Positions 38,602 through 49,732 of a stretch of DNA of 64,000 bases are shown piece by piece. The notes under the pieces were generated by a model that was not told the origin of the DNA, did no database searches, and was given only the letters and a program-made list of their open reading frames with translations. Origin of the DNA: an uncultured Clostridia bacterium (GTDB lineage Bacteria > Bacillota > Clostridia > TANB77 > CAG-508); contig CAKOXT010000006.1 of NCBI GenBank assembly GCA_934130285.1, positions 19,115-83,114 of the forward strand, given 5' to 3'. The position numbers were made by a program, and so were the translations under genes. How positions within the stretch are numbered: position 1 is the first letter of the stretch; every line of letters starts with the position of its first letter.

Positions 38602-40881
38602 TTAATCTAAAACCTCTAATCCAGCATATTTAGCCATCAATCTCTTATGTCCTATCTTATCAAATGTAATATCAACTTTTGCATCATCACCTTCTGCCTC
38701 AACATAATTAATTTTACCTTCTCCAAATTTCTTATGATATACCCTTTGTCCAGCTCTATATATACTTATATCAACCGAATTATCAGCCTTTTTAGTAATA
38801 TTATTTAAGAAGCTTTCAGCAGTTCTAAAATTATATTGCATAACTGGCTTTTGTGACTTCACATCATCTGATTTGTATGAAGTAACATGACTATTTCCAT
38901 ATTTCCATTCATATTGATAATCTTCATATGTTTTCTTTGGTGCATCTTCAAAAGATTCATTAAATCCTTCTAATAACTCTTTAGGAATTTCTTTTATAAA
39001 TCTAGAAACTTGATTACAACTTGTTGAACCAAATATTGTTCTTTGTCTAGCACAGCTTATAAATAAATTTTGCTTAGCTCTTGTAATTCCAACATAGCAC
39101 AATCTTCTCTCTTCTTCTAATTCTTTAGGTTCGCCAATTGATTTATATCCTGGGAAAATTCCCTCTTCCATTCCAACTAAAAATACAGCAGGGAATTCAA
39201 GTCCCTTAGCACTATGTAAAGTCATTAATGTAACTGAATCTTCAGAATCATCTGCATTATCAACATCACTTGATAATGTAATTCCCTCTAAAAATTCTTC
39301 TAAAGAATTTTCAGCCATTTGTTCTTCAAATTCCATTGCAACAGTTAAAAATTCTTCTATGTTCTCAAGTCTTGTTTCAGCTTCCGTTGTATCTTCATCT
39401 TCCAAAGCTTTTGTATATCCAGTTTTATTCAATGTTTCCTTGATTAAATCTGAAATTTTTATATCGTCCTTTTTAGCTCTTAATTCTTCAATTTGAGAAA
39501 CAAATTCTCTAGAATTTACAAAAACTCTGTTTAAGCCGAATTCATCAGCTCTTTTTATTACATCATACATTGAAGTTTCTGTTTGAATTGCTAAATCTTG
39601 AACATTATCTAAGCTTGTCTTTCCTATACCTCTTTTAGGTTCATTAATAACTCTAGTTAAACTTAAATTATCAGATGGATTTTGGATTAATCTCAAATAA
39701 GCTATAGTATCCTTAATTTCTTTTCTCTCATAGAATTTCAAACCACCTATAATTTTATAAGGAACATTCTCTCTTCTTAAAATATCTTCTATTGCACGAG
39801 ATTGACTATTCATTCTATATAAAACAGCAAAATCATTATATGTCATATATTCTTCTCTACGAAGTCTATTAATATTTTCAACGACAAAATTAGCTTCATC
39901 ATACTCATCTGTTCCTCTATATATGCTTATCATTCCACCTTTTCCATTTTCAGTCCAAAGCTTTTTTTCATATTTAGTTTCATTATTTTTAATAACTGCA
40001 TTAGCAGCATCCAAAATATTTTGAGTACATCTATAATTTTGCTCTAATTTTATTATTTTTGTTCCAGGAAAATCCTTTTCAAAGTTCAAAATATTAGTTA
40101 TATCTGCCCCTCTAAAAGAATAGATACCCTGATCATTATCACCAACAACTGTAATATTTCCATGTCTTGCAGCTAATATTGAAACTAAAGTAAATTGAGC
40201 CTTATTTGTATCCTGATACTCGTCTACTAACACATACTCAAATTTTTCAGCATAATATTCTAAAACATCTGGATTCTCAGATAAAATCTTAATCGTATAA
40301 TTTATAATATCATCAAAATCAATAGCATTATTTTCTCTTAATCTCTTTTGATAAAGTTCATAAACTTTAGCTATTGTCTCTTTTCTTAGTTCATTATTTG
40401 TTCTTAATTTATACATATCTGGCTCTAACATTTCATTTTTAGCATTACTTATTTCTGAAAGAACAGCTCTATCTGTAAACATTTTATCATCAACATTTAA
40501 TTGTTTTAAACATTGCTTAACTAAAGTTCTTTGATCTGATGAATCAAAAATTATAAATGAAGATGTAAATCCAATTCTATCAATATATCTTCTTAAAATT
40601 CTTACACAAATTGAATGGAATGTTCCTATCCACATATCTTTTGCGACATCACCAACTAATTTTTCAACCCTTTCTTTCATTTCATTAGCAGCCTTATTTG
40701 TAAAGGTAATAGCTAATATATTCCATGGTTTAACATTTTTTTCTTGCATCAAATACGCAATTTTATGTGTTAATACTTTTGTTTTTCCTGAACCAGCACC
40801 AGCAATAACTAAACAAGGTCCATCTGTTGCAAGCACAGCTTCTTTTTGTTTATCATTTAGTCCATCTATAATATCACTCAT
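38602..40881 (-). CDS. pcrA: ATP-dependent DNA helicase PcrA (UvrD family, SF1)
   Basis: Walker A GAGSGKT, the helicase motifs VDEYQDTN, LEQNYRC and TLHSAKGLEF, and a C-terminal PcrA/UvrD tudor-like tail. Confidence 0.9.
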   Translation of the reverse strand: MSDIIDGLNDKQKEAVLATDGPCLVIAGAGSGKTKVLTHKIAYLMQEKNVKPWNILAITFTNKAANEMKERVEKLVGDVAKDMWIGTFHSICVRILRRYIDRIGFTSSFIIFDSSDQRTLVKQCLKQLNVDDKMFTDRAVLSEISNAKNEMLEPDMYKLRTNNELRKETIAKVYELYQKRLRENNAIDFDDIINYTIKILSENPDVLEYYAEKFEYVLVDEYQDTNKAQFTLVSILAARHGNITVVGDNDQGIYSFRGADITNILNFEKDFPGTKIIKLEQNYRCTQNILDAANAVIKNNETKYEKKLWTENGKGGMISIYRGTDEYDEANFVVENINRLRREEYMTYNDFAVLYRMNSQSRAIEDILRRENVPYKIIGGLKFYERKEIKDTIAYLRLIQNPSDNLSLTRVINEPKRGIGKTSLDNVQDLAIQTETSMYDVIKRADEFGLNRVFVNSREFVSQIEELRAKKDDIKISDLIKETLNKTGYTKALEDEDTTEAETRLENIEEFLTVAMEFEEQMAENSLEEFLEGITLSSDVDNADDSEDSVTLMTLHSAKGLEFPAVFLVGMEEGIFPGYKSIGEPKELEEERRLCYVGITRAKQNLFISCARQRTIFGSTSCNQVSRFIKEIPKELLEGFNESFEDAPKKTYEDYQYEWKYGNSHVTSYKSDDVKSQKPVMQYNFRTAESFLNNITKKADNSVDISIYRAGQRVYHKKFGEGKINYVEAEGDDAKVDITFDKIGHKRLMAKYAGLEVLD

Positions 40882-41071
40882 TTTAAAATTCCTTTCATCG
40901 TTTATACATTCGTTGTTACGAATTTATGTTTGCATTATATAAAAAAACTCGTTGTTTGTAAATAGATTTTTCTTTTACATTTCATTACTTTTTGTTTACA
41001 TCTATTGACATTATATTTTTTTTATTTGTACAATATAGTAAACTATATATAATACATAGGAGGAAAGAATA

Positions 41072-41464
41072 ATGAAGAATATAAACAAAGCTCTTATCCT
41101 TTCACTATCAGTTTTATTAATATTGGCATTTGCTAATTTCTCATTTGCAGCTAGTTCAATTTCAGCCAAAAATGATACAAGTACAAATGAAAGCAGTAAT
41201 ACTTCTGATAATGAAGCTGATAACAAAGCAACAAATAATACATCATTAAACACGGCAAGTAACAATACATCTACTAATAATGTATCTACTAATAGTTCTA
41301 CAAACGCAAGCAAACCTATTAGTTCATCAAACTCAAGTGGAAACTTACCAAATACAGGTATTGAAGATACATATTTAAACTTCGCATTAATTTTATTATT
41401 AGCTATTGTACTTGGAATGTTCTCTTTAGTTCAATACAATAAAATTGTTAAAAAAGAAGACTAA
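41072..41464 (+). CDS. small LPXTG-anchored surface protein, S/T/N-rich low-complexity stalk
   Basis: Signal peptide, then LPNTG, a hydrophobic segment and a KKED tail, giving a complete sortase sorting signal. The SD is AGGAGGAAAG. Confidence 0.7.
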   Translation: MKNINKALILSLSVLLILAFANFSFAASSISAKNDTSTNESSNTSDNEADNKATNNTSLNTASNNTSTNNVSTNSSTNASKPISSSNSSGNLPNTGIEDTYLNFALILLLAIVLGMFSLVQYNKIVKKED

Positions 41465-41545
41465 AAAATAAACCTAGAAATATTTAATTTCTAGGTTATT
41501 TTTAACTTTAATGCTACACCCCAGCTATGCTGGGGAATAGCTATT
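41464..41545. terminator. bidirectional terminator region (AACCTAGAAAT attta ATTTCTAGGTT + T-run, then CCCCAGC tat GCTGGGG hairpin)
   Basis: It lies between the convergent LPXTG gene (+) and prfA (-). The hairpins are perfect and T/A runs are present on both sides. Confidence 0.7.
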
Positions 41546-41553
41546 CTTTATTT

Positions 41554-42615
41554 TTACTCTTGATTTCCTTTTAATTTTTCAGCTCTATCATATGCAGTTA
41601 TCGCATCTATCATTTCATCTAAGTTTCCATTTAAGAAATCTTCCATTTGATAAATACTCAAACCAATTCTATGATCTGTAATTCTTCCTTGAGGATAATT
41701 ATAAGTACGTATTTTCTCACTTCTATCACCAGCACCTACTTGTGATTTTCTTTCACTTGCAAGTTCTTCATCTTGTTTTTTCTTTTCCATCTCATAAATT
41801 CTTGATTTTAATAATCTCATTGCATACTCTCTATTTTGAACTTGTGAACGTTCAGTTTGACATTCTGCAACAATTCCTGTTGGTTCATGAATTAATCTAA
41901 CAGCTGATGATGTTTTATTAACATGCTGTCCACCAGCACCTGAAGCTCTAAAAACTTCCATTCTAATATCAGCCGGATTTAGTTCAACCTCAACATCCTC
42001 AACAACAGGTAACACTGCAACTGTTGCAGTTGAAGTATGAATTCTACCACTACTTTCTGTATCAGGAACTCTTTGTACTCTATGAACACCACTTTCAAAT
42101 TTTAATCTACTATAAACACCTTTACCCGTTATCATAAATGAAATTTCTTTATATCCACCTAATTCTGTAGCATTTTCATTTAAAACTTCTAACTTCCAAT
42201 GTTTTCTCTCAGCATACATTGAATACATTCTAAATAATGTTCCAGCAAATAGAGCAGCTTCATCTCCTCCAGCTCCTCCACGGATTTCACAAATGATATT
42301 TTTCTCATCATCTTTATCCTTTGGAATTAATAAAATCTTTAATTCTTCTTCTATTTTAGGTAATTTCTCTCTACATTCATCCATTTGCATTTCTGCAAGT
42401 TCTTTTAAATCCTTATCAGCCAACATTTCTTGAGCTTCATCATAAGCTTCTTTAACTTTTTTATATTCTCTATATTTTTCAACAATGTCAACCATATCGC
42501 TATGTTCTTTCATTAAGTTTTTCCATTCATTCTGTCTTGCAATAACCTCTGGATCACTAATAAGCTTATTTAATTCCTCATAACGTCTTTCAACAGCTTC
42601 TAATTTTTGAAACAT
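41554..42615 (-). CDS. prfA: peptide chain release factor 1
   Basis: GGQ motif ([11 protein letters not shown]) and a PDT (PxT) tripeptide. 353 aa. SD AAAGGAGAG. Confidence 0.9.
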   Translation of the reverse strand: MFQKLEAVERRYEELNKLISDPEVIARQNEWKNLMKEHSDMVDIVEKYREYKKVKEAYDEAQEMLADKDLKELAEMQMDECREKLPKIEEELKILLIPKDKDDEKNIICEIRGGAGGDEAALFAGTLFRMYSMYAERKHWKLEVLNENATELGGYKEISFMITGKGVYSRLKFESGVHRVQRVPDTESSGRIHTSTATVAVLPVVEDVEVELNPADIRMEVFRASGAGGQHVNKTSSAVRLIHEPTGIVAECQTERSQVQNREYAMRLLKSRIYEMEKKKQDEELASERKSQVGAGDRSEKIRTYNYPQGRITDHRIGLSIYQMEDFLNGNLDEMIDAITAYDRAEKLKGNQE

Positions 42616-42712
42616 AAATTTCTCTCCTTTATTTTTATAACATTACAATTATACACGATTATAGCATATTTTTCAAGGGTTGTATGTCCCTTATGTTTAA
42701 TTATACATCTTT

Positions 42713-43477
42713 CTATTTTATATTAAAAATTCTCATAGCATTTTCTCTCGTAACCTTAGCTACTTCTTCTATACTTAAGCCCTTCACTTCTGCAATTTTT
42801 TCAGCAACATATTTAACAAATAAAGATGTATTAGTTTCTCCTCTATGAGGCTCTGGTGCTAAATAAGGACTATCTGTCTCAATTAAAATTCTATCCATTG
42901 GAACCAAATCTATACAACCTGCTGATTTAGCATTTTTGAAAGTAACATTTCCACTAAATGATATATAAAAACCAAGTTTTAAACCTTCTTTTATCAACTC
43001 TTGATTCAAAGGACAGCAATGAAAAATACCTTTTTTATCTACCGGATGTTCTTTTAAAATTTGTAAAGTATCCATAACAGCTTCTCTTGTATGAATAACA
43101 ATAGGTAATTCTAATCTATTAGCAATATTAATTTCTTCAATAAATACTCTTTTTTGTTCCTCTTTGTTTTCCTTATTCCAATGATAATCTAGTCCAATCT
43201 CACCAATTGCAACATTTTTCTTATACTTTGCAATTTCTTCAATTTCTTTTAATTCAGAATCCACATTTCCGTTTATATCATTTGGCGAAATTCCACAAGT
43301 TGCAAACACATGAGGAAATTTTTTAGCTACTTCAATTGCATCCTTTGAACCAGATAAATTATATCCAGCACAAACAATATTCGTAATTTCATACTTATAC
43401 ATTTTCTCAATCAATTCATCTCTATTTTCCAAAAATCTCTCATCATTATAATGTGCATGTGAATCAAAAAAATCCAT
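42713..43477 (-). CDS. TatD-family metal-dependent hydrolase (YabD-like DNase)
   Basis: MDFFDSHAHYND...GEIGLDYHW...ETDSPYL motifs. Confidence 0.85.
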   Translation of the reverse strand: MDFFDSHAHYNDERFLENRDELIEKMYKYEITNIVCAGYNLSGSKDAIEVAKKFPHVFATCGISPNDINGNVDSELKEIEEIAKYKKNVAIGEIGLDYHWNKENKEEQKRVFIEEINIANRLELPIVIHTREAVMDTLQILKEHPVDKKGIFHCCPLNQELIKEGLKLGFYISFSGNVTFKNAKSAGCIDLVPMDRILIETDSPYLAPEPHRGETNTSLFVKYVAEKIAEVKGLSIEEVAKVTRENAMRIFNIK

Positions 43478-43530
43478 ATAAAACTTCCTTTCATAACAGA
43501 AGGTCTAAAATAAATTTTAGACCTCGTTTC

Positions 43531-46500
43531 TTATTTCTTTAAATCTAATGATAATAATTTAGATATACCATTTTCCTGCATTGTAATACCATAAACTGTG
43601 TTAGCAGCTTCCATAGTACCTTTTCTATGTGTAATAACCAAGAATTGTGACTCTTGGGCAAACTTCTTTAAGTACTCTGCAAAACGATAAACATTAACAT
43701 CATCAAGTGCAGCTTCAATTTCATCTAACACACAGAAAGGAGCAGGATTAATTTTTAATATTGCAAATAGCAAAGCAATCGCTGTAAAAGCACGCTCTCC
43801 ACCAGAAAGCAACATCATATTTTGTAACTTTTTACCTGGTGGTTGAACCTCAATTTCAATTCCTGATTCCAAAATATTATCCTCATCAGTCAATTTAAGC
43901 TCAGCTTTACCACCGCCAAACAATTCCACAAATACTTCAGAGAAATTTTTATTAATAACTCTAAATCTATCTTCAAATTGTTTTTTCATAACAGTCGTCA
44001 TATCAGTAATAACATTTCTTAATTTAGCCATTGTCGTTTCTAAATCCAAACGTTGTTCATTCATAAAATCATAACGTTCTTTTAATTTCTTATATTCCTC
44101 TATTGAATCAATATTTACACTACCTAAATCCTTCATTTCTCCACGAATCTTATTAACCTGCTTCTGAACTTCAGCAACATTTTTAGGTTCTTCATATTCG
44201 CCAGGATCATTAGGAGTAATCTCATATTCTTCCCACATTTTAGAAATAATCTGCTCTAATTCAACTTCATACTTAGATTTTTTAATATCAGCCTTATTAA
44301 CTTGTTCTTTTAAGCCATCAATCTTTTCCATTTGATCTGTAAAGTTCTCTTCAGCTTCTTCAAGTTTTTGATTTTTAGTAATTCTATCATTTTTTAATTC
44401 TTCAACTTTAGTTCCACTATTAGAAACCTCTTTTAACAAGTTTTCAGCTTCTTCATTCAATTTTATATTTAATTCTTCTAATTTATCATTTTCTTCAGTT
44501 AACTTAATTTTTTGTTCTTTCTTATTTTCCGTTGATTGTTTTAAATTTTCAATATCATTATTGATTCTCTCAACAATCTCATTAATTGATGCTTCACTTT
44601 CATCAAATGAAGAAACAGATATTTTTAAATTTGTAATATCAAAATTCAAATCATCAACAATTGTTTGAGTTTCTTTATTATGATTTGAAAACTCTTCAAT
44701 TTCTTCAGACAACTTCTTATTTTCTTCATCTATTGCTGAGATTTTTTCATTCAAATCATTTTGAGTTTGCTCATTAATTTTTAATTGTTCTTCTATTGAT
44801 TTTTTCTCATCTCTAAGTTTTTCTAATCTTTTTTCAACCTTTGAAACAGCTTCTTCAATAGATGAAACCCTTTGTTTCTCTGTTGCATAAACAATTTCAA
44901 TATCTTTAAGTTCGTTTTCCAAACCTTCAATTTCTTCTAATAAGTCCTCAATTGAATTTTCATATTCAGATTTATCTTTTTTAAGTTTTTCAACTTTTTT
45001 CTCTAACTCAGCAATAGTCTTTTTTAACTCTTCAATTTCTCTTGATCTTCCAAGAATATTTACTGTTTTTGTTGAAACACTACCACCACTAATAGCTCCA
45101 GATGGATTTAATACATCACCTTGCAATGTAACAATCCTAAACCCATAAGAATTTTTTCTAGCTATTGCAATAGCATTATCCATTGTATCCACAATCAAAG
45201 TTCTACCTAATAAACTAAGTACAATTTGTTCATATTTTTTATCAAATTTAACCAAATCAGAAGCAATACCAATTACTCCTTTTTCAGATTTGATTTTATC
45301 TAATTTTTTTCCTTTTACTGAAGTTATTGGTAAAAAACTAGCTCTTCCTAAATTGAATTTTCTTAAATGTTCAACTAATTTTTTAGCATCTTCCTCTGTA
45401 TCTGTTACTATATTTTGCATAGATTGACCAAGGCACATTTCAATTGCAGTTTCATATTCTTTAGGAACACTAATAAGATTAGCAATAACTCCATGTACAC
45501 CTTTTTTCAACGAAAGATCTTTTTCACAATCTTGCAAAATTGATTTAACACTTCTTATATATCCCTCTTTTTCTTTTTCAGTTTCTATAAGAAATTTCAT
45601 TCTTGAATCTTTCATTCTAATTTCAGATTCACATTGATTTATTTTTAAATCATATTCTTTAAGTTTGGCATCTGACTCTTTTCTTTTCTCATCAATCTTA
45701 TTTAAATCGCCCTTTATTTTCTCTCTTTTTGCCTCTATTTCAGCAAATTTTTGAGAAATTTCTGACTTCTGCATACGTGAAGAATCAAGTTCAGAAATAT
45801 TTACATCTATTTCTTCTTCAACAACTTTTTTCCTTGAATTAGAATTCTCAACATTAGCTTTCAAAGTAGAAATAGCATTAGAAATCTCATACTTTTCATC
45901 AGTATTATCCTCAACCTTTTTCTTCTTAGTTTCCATATCTAATTCTTTTTCAGACATTTTATCTGTAAGTTTTTTCAACTCAGTTTCTTTTTCTTCTAAT
46001 TCTTTTACAAATTTTTCTTTATTTTCAGTAAGATTTGTCTTTTTGTCATTTTTCTGATTTATTTCTTCTTCTAGGACTTTAAGTCTTTCATCGTTTTCAA
46101 TAATTTCTTTTTCTAATCTTTCAAAGTTAGCATTATTGTTATTTATTTTTTCCAAATTGATATTAATATCTGCTTTTATTTGTTCTTTTTTCTTCTCATT
46201 TTCAAAGCCCAAATTCTGCATTTTCTCAATTTGTTCAGTTATACTATCTAATGAAGCTCTCAATTTTTCCTTCAACTCTTGAATATTTGAAAGTCTCTCA
46301 TTTTCTCTAACTAACTGTGTATTATAAATATCTTGATCATTTATAACTTCTTCTATTCTTTTCTTATAATCATTTATATTATGAATAAACAATCCAATTT
46401 CTATAGATTTAAGTTCATCTCTTAATCGTAAATATTCTTTTGCTTTTTCAGCTTGTATTTTGGTTGGTTCAATATTAGCTTCAATTTCTGAAATAATATC

Positions 46501-47076
46501 ATTAATTCTAAGCAAATTTAATTTAGTTTGTTCTAGTTTTTTCTCAGACTCAGCTTTTCTTACTCTATATTTCACAATTCCAGCAGCCTCTTCAAAAATA
46601 TGTCTTCTTTCCTCTGATTTATTGCTTAATATTTCATCAATTTTTCCCTGACCAATTATAGAATACCCATCTTTTCCAATACCCGTATCCATAAATAATT
46701 CAAGAACATCTTTAAGTCTGCAAGGCGTCTTGTTTATATAATATCCAGACTCACCACTTCTATATAATTTTCTTGTTATTGTAACCTCATTATATTCAAT
46801 AGGCAATTTTTGATCAGAATTATCCATAACCATAGATACCTCTGCAAAACCTAATGATTTTCTATTCTGAGTTCCAGCAAAAATAACATCTTCTGTTTTA
46901 GAACCTCTAAGCGATTTCATACTTTGTTCACCTAAAACCCATCTAATCGCATCAGATATATTACTCTTTCCAGAACCATTAGGACCTATAACCGTAGTAA
47001 TTCCTGGCATAAATTCTAATACTGTTTTATCTGCGAATGATTTAAAACCTTGTAATTCTAATTTTTTTAAATACAT
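43531..47076 (-). CDS. smc: chromosome segregation protein SMC
   Basis: N-terminal Walker A GPNGSGKSN, long coiled coils, a hinge, and the C-terminal signature LSGGER plus Walker B ILDEIEAALD. 1181 aa. Confidence 0.95.
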   Translation of the reverse strand: MYLKKLELQGFKSFADKTVLEFMPGITTVIGPNGSGKSNISDAIRWVLGEQSMKSLRGSKTEDVIFAGTQNRKSLGFAEVSMVMDNSDQKLPIEYNEVTITRKLYRSGESGYYINKTPCRLKDVLELFMDTGIGKDGYSIIGQGKIDEILSNKSEERRHIFEEAAGIVKYRVRKAESEKKLEQTKLNLLRINDIISEIEANIEPTKIQAEKAKEYLRLRDELKSIEIGLFIHNINDYKKRIEEVINDQDIYNTQLVRENERLSNIQELKEKLRASLDSITEQIEKMQNLGFENEKKKEQIKADININLEKINNNNANFERLEKEIIENDERLKVLEEEINQKNDKKTNLTENKEKFVKELEEKETELKKLTDKMSEKELDMETKKKKVEDNTDEKYEISNAISTLKANVENSNSRKKVVEEEIDVNISELDSSRMQKSEISQKFAEIEAKREKIKGDLNKIDEKRKESDAKLKEYDLKINQCESEIRMKDSRMKFLIETEKEKEGYIRSVKSILQDCEKDLSLKKGVHGVIANLISVPKEYETAIEMCLGQSMQNIVTDTEEDAKKLVEHLRKFNLGRASFLPITSVKGKKLDKIKSEKGVIGIASDLVKFDKKYEQIVLSLLGRTLIVDTMDNAIAIARKNSYGFRIVTLQGDVLNPSGAISGGSVSTKTVNILGRSREIEELKKTIAELEKKVEKLKKDKSEYENSIEDLLEEIEGLENELKDIEIVYATEKQRVSSIEEAVSKVEKRLEKLRDEKKSIEEQLKINEQTQNDLNEKISAIDEENKKLSEEIEEFSNHNKETQTIVDDLNFDITNLKISVSSFDESEASINEIVERINNDIENLKQSTENKKEQKIKLTEENDKLEELNIKLNEEAENLLKEVSNSGTKVEELKNDRITKNQKLEEAEENFTDQMEKIDGLKEQVNKADIKKSKYEVELEQIISKMWEEYEITPNDPGEYEEPKNVAEVQKQVNKIRGEMKDLGSVNIDSIEEYKKLKERYDFMNEQRLDLETTMAKLRNVITDMTTVMKKQFEDRFRVINKNFSEVFVELFGGGKAELKLTDEDNILESGIEIEVQPPGKKLQNMMLLSGGERAFTAIALLFAILKINPAPFCVLDEIEAALDDVNVYRFAEYLKKFAQESQFLVITHRKGTMEAANTVYGITMQENGISKLLSLDLKK

Positions 47077-47264
47077 TTTATCTTCCTTCTTTTAAGTCTT
47101 TTTCATTACTTTTTACCCAATTATCATATATTAATTTTAGAATTTAATCAAGCATTTTCCCTTGACCAATTTATTTATTAGCGATAATATAAAAATAGAA
47201 TACTAATTATGATTTCAAGAACATAATTTATATTACTATATTTAGCAAAGATAGGAGATTACTA

Positions 47265-48206
47265 ATGAAAGAAGAATTCGATTTTTATGACCGAACCTCT
47301 TTAAAATCATACAATTTAAATGCAACAATGAGATATCAATTAGCTTGTCTTGATAGTCTTGATGTATACACAAGAAAACATTCTGAAAATGTAGCAAACA
47401 TAACTTGCCGCCTTTGTGAGCATCTACACCTTGAGGAAGGTTTCACAATATATTGCACAATTTGTGCATACTTACACGATATTGGAAAAATGTTCATACC
47501 ACCTTCTGTTTTACAAAAAACATCAAAACTTACAGATGAAGAATATGAAATAATGAAAACACACACAACAATTGGATACAATATGTGTATGAAAGACTTA
47601 CAGCTTCGTCCATATGCAGCTGGTGCTTATTATCATCACGAAGCATTAAATGGCTCAGGATACCCACAAGGACTTACAAAAAAAGATATCCCATATGAAG
47701 CTCAAATCATTCGTGTTGCAGATGAATTCGAAGCTATCAGTGCAAAAAGGCAATATAAAACACACATTGGTATTATTGATACTTTAAACATTCTAATAGA
47801 AAACTCTGAACCATTACAGCCAAAAGAAGGTATGAAAATGATCATAAAAGATGCTTCTGTTGGAAAAATAGATAAAAAAATAGTTAAAGCATTATTCAAA
47901 GTTATTCAAGAAGATACAGAATATGAAATTTCTGTAAGACTAGAATATCTTGACTTCTTAAAAGAAGAGTTAGCTAGACTTGATAACGCTGAAAAATATT
48001 ATAAAAAATATCTTGGAACACCATTTCAAAGCAAAAAAGAATATTACAAGCAAGGTGTAGAAATGTACCTTAGAAAAAGCAATGGTGAAACAATTAACAA
48101 CTTTGAAAATGTAATGAATCAATATAAACAATCTTATATTGATAGAAAAGAACATATCGCTAAATTATATCAAGAAGTAAAAGAAATAAAAAAATTAAAA
48201 GTATAA
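47265..48206 (+). CDS. HD-GYP domain protein (putative c-di-GMP phosphodiesterase)
   Basis: HD motif (YLHDIGK) and HHEALNGSGYP (HHExxDGxGYP variant). Confidence 0.8.
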   Translation: MKEEFDFYDRTSLKSYNLNATMRYQLACLDSLDVYTRKHSENVANITCRLCEHLHLEEGFTIYCTICAYLHDIGKMFIPPSVLQKTSKLTDEEYEIMKTHTTIGYNMCMKDLQLRPYAAGAYYHHEALNGSGYPQGLTKKDIPYEAQIIRVADEFEAISAKRQYKTHIGIIDTLNILIENSEPLQPKEGMKMIIKDASVGKIDKKIVKALFKVIQEDTEYEISVRLEYLDFLKEELARLDNAEKYYKKYLGTPFQSKKEYYKQGVEMYLRKSNGETINNFENVMNQYKQSYIDRKEHIAKLYQEVKEIKKLKV

Positions 48207-48217
48207 AACATATTTTA

Positions 48218-48258
48218 AGACTGTTGACAAAACATTTTGTTCAACAGTCTTTTTAAAT
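48218..48258. terminator. bidirectional terminator (AAGACTGTTGA...TCAACAGTCTT + TTT)
   Basis: It lies between the convergent HD-GYP gene and the cwlD-like gene. Confidence 0.65.
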
Positions 48259-48996
48259 TTACACCTCATTAAAATACAATTGAATTCCAGAAAAAATTCC
48301 CCAAGCAACCTTGTTCTGATATTCATCAGTCAACAATTTATTAGCCTCCTGTGGATTAGATAAAAAACCACATTCAACAATTGTAATTGGTATTTCAACA
48401 TGATCTACTAAATATATATTAGAAATTTCATGAGCAGTCCTCTTATTTTCCTCTTGTATTGAATTTCTTAATTCCTCTTGTATATCAACAGCAAGCCTTT
48501 TTCCAGAATCATCACTTTTCTTATAAAACGTTTGCCATCCAGTATATTGAGAATTATCTCCCTTATTCAAGTGAATTGACACACAAATATCAGCAGAAGA
48601 CTCATTTCCAATTTTAACCCTATTTTTTATATCTGAAACCTTCATCTCCCTTAATGTGTTTTTATCTAAGTCATATATTCCATTTTCATCTGATCTTGTT
48701 AAAATTACAGTTGCCCCGCTTTCTTCTAATAGTTTTTGAACCTTCAGTGTAATATCTAAATTAGTCTTTTCTTCAGTAATTCCATTTTCTCCTTCTGCAC
48801 CTTCGTCAGGTTTACCATGCCCTGCATCCAGAACAATTACTTTATTAGATGTTGGTGTAGAAGAAGTCAAAACAGTCTCACCAACATTACTAACATTAGT
48901 ACATAAAATAGCAGAAAAACAAAATATTCCCATTACTAACATTAAAATTTTCTTTCTATCAATAACAATCATACTAAACAATATGCAACTAATCAT
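48259..48996 (-). CDS. cwlD: N-acetylmuramoyl-L-alanine amidase, CwlD-like (Amidase_3; germination-specific cortex amidase)
   Basis: N-terminal TM, then VIVLDAGHGKPDEGAEG and the SIHLN...GFLSNP motifs of Amidase_3. The single-domain architecture matches CwlD. Confidence 0.7.
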   Translation of the reverse strand: MISCILFSMIVIDRKKILMLVMGIFCFSAILCTNVSNVGETVLTSSTPTSNKVIVLDAGHGKPDEGAEGENGITEEKTNLDITLKVQKLLEESGATVILTRSDENGIYDLDKNTLREMKVSDIKNRVKIGNESSADICVSIHLNKGDNSQYTGWQTFYKKSDDSGKRLAVDIQEELRNSIQEENKRTAHEISNIYLVDHVEIPITIVECGFLSNPQEANKLLTDEYQNKVAWGIFSGIQLYFNEV

Positions 48997-49186
48997 AAAT
49001 TATGTACAATATAATAAAAAATTATAAAACTTAAAATATTTTTTATTTTTTCTAAATAATAAAATTAAGCCGAATTTAGTAATTAATACTATTTTAAATA
49101 AAATTGAATATAACAAATAATCTTAACTTTCTGCACCCTACCCAAAACGAACTACTATCTATTAATTAGAAGAAAGGAGGATAGTT

Positions 49187-49732
49187 TTGAAAAACTTAAA
49201 TCATTTAATTAAACAAATACAACTTGGTGACGAATCTGCTTTTAAAGAATTGACTTTATTGATTGAAAACGATTTATATCGTATAGCAAAAACGAGACTA
49301 TATAGTGATGACGATATAATGGATGCCATTCAAAACACAATGTTAATTACATTTAAAAATTCCAAAAAAATAAAAAACATAGACTCATTTAAAACATGGA
49401 TGATTCACGTACTAATAAATGAATGCAATAAAATTTACAACTTCAATAAAAAAAGTACAGAACTATACAATAAAGTTATAATTGATACCAATTTCGATAC
49501 ATTCGATAATTCAATTCAAAATGTACAAGACACAATAAATTTTGACTCTTTAATCAATAAATTAAATTATGACGAAAAAATCGTAATAACACTATATTAC
49601 AATAGCCAATTTTCATGTAAACAAATTTCTAAAATACTAAATACAAACATTAATACAATAAAAAGCAGATTAACCAGAGGAAAAAACAAATTAAAAGAAT
49701 ATTGTAAGGAGGTAAACTATGATAAAACCTAA
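49187..49732 (+). CDS. RNA polymerase sigma-70 family (ECF-type) sigma factor
   Basis: TTG start with SD AAAGGAGGA. Region 2 (DAIQNTMLITFKN) and region 4 HTH (CKQISKILNTNINTIKSRLTRGKNKLKE). Confidence 0.8.
   Translation: MKNLNHLIKQIQLGDESAFKELTLLIENDLYRIAKTRLYSDDDIMDAIQNTMLITFKNSKKIKNIDSFKTWMIHVLINECNKIYNFNKKSTELYNKVIIDTNFDTFDNSIQNVQDTINFDSLINKLNYDEKIVITLYYNSQFSCKQISKILNTNINTIKSRLTRGKNKLKEYCKEVNYDKT

Noticed and set aside
41011-41313. 100-aa minus-strand ORF overlapping the LPXTG gene
   Set aside because: Mirror-image translation of the low-complexity Ser/Thr/Asn region. The plus-strand gene has SD, signal peptide and LPNTG.
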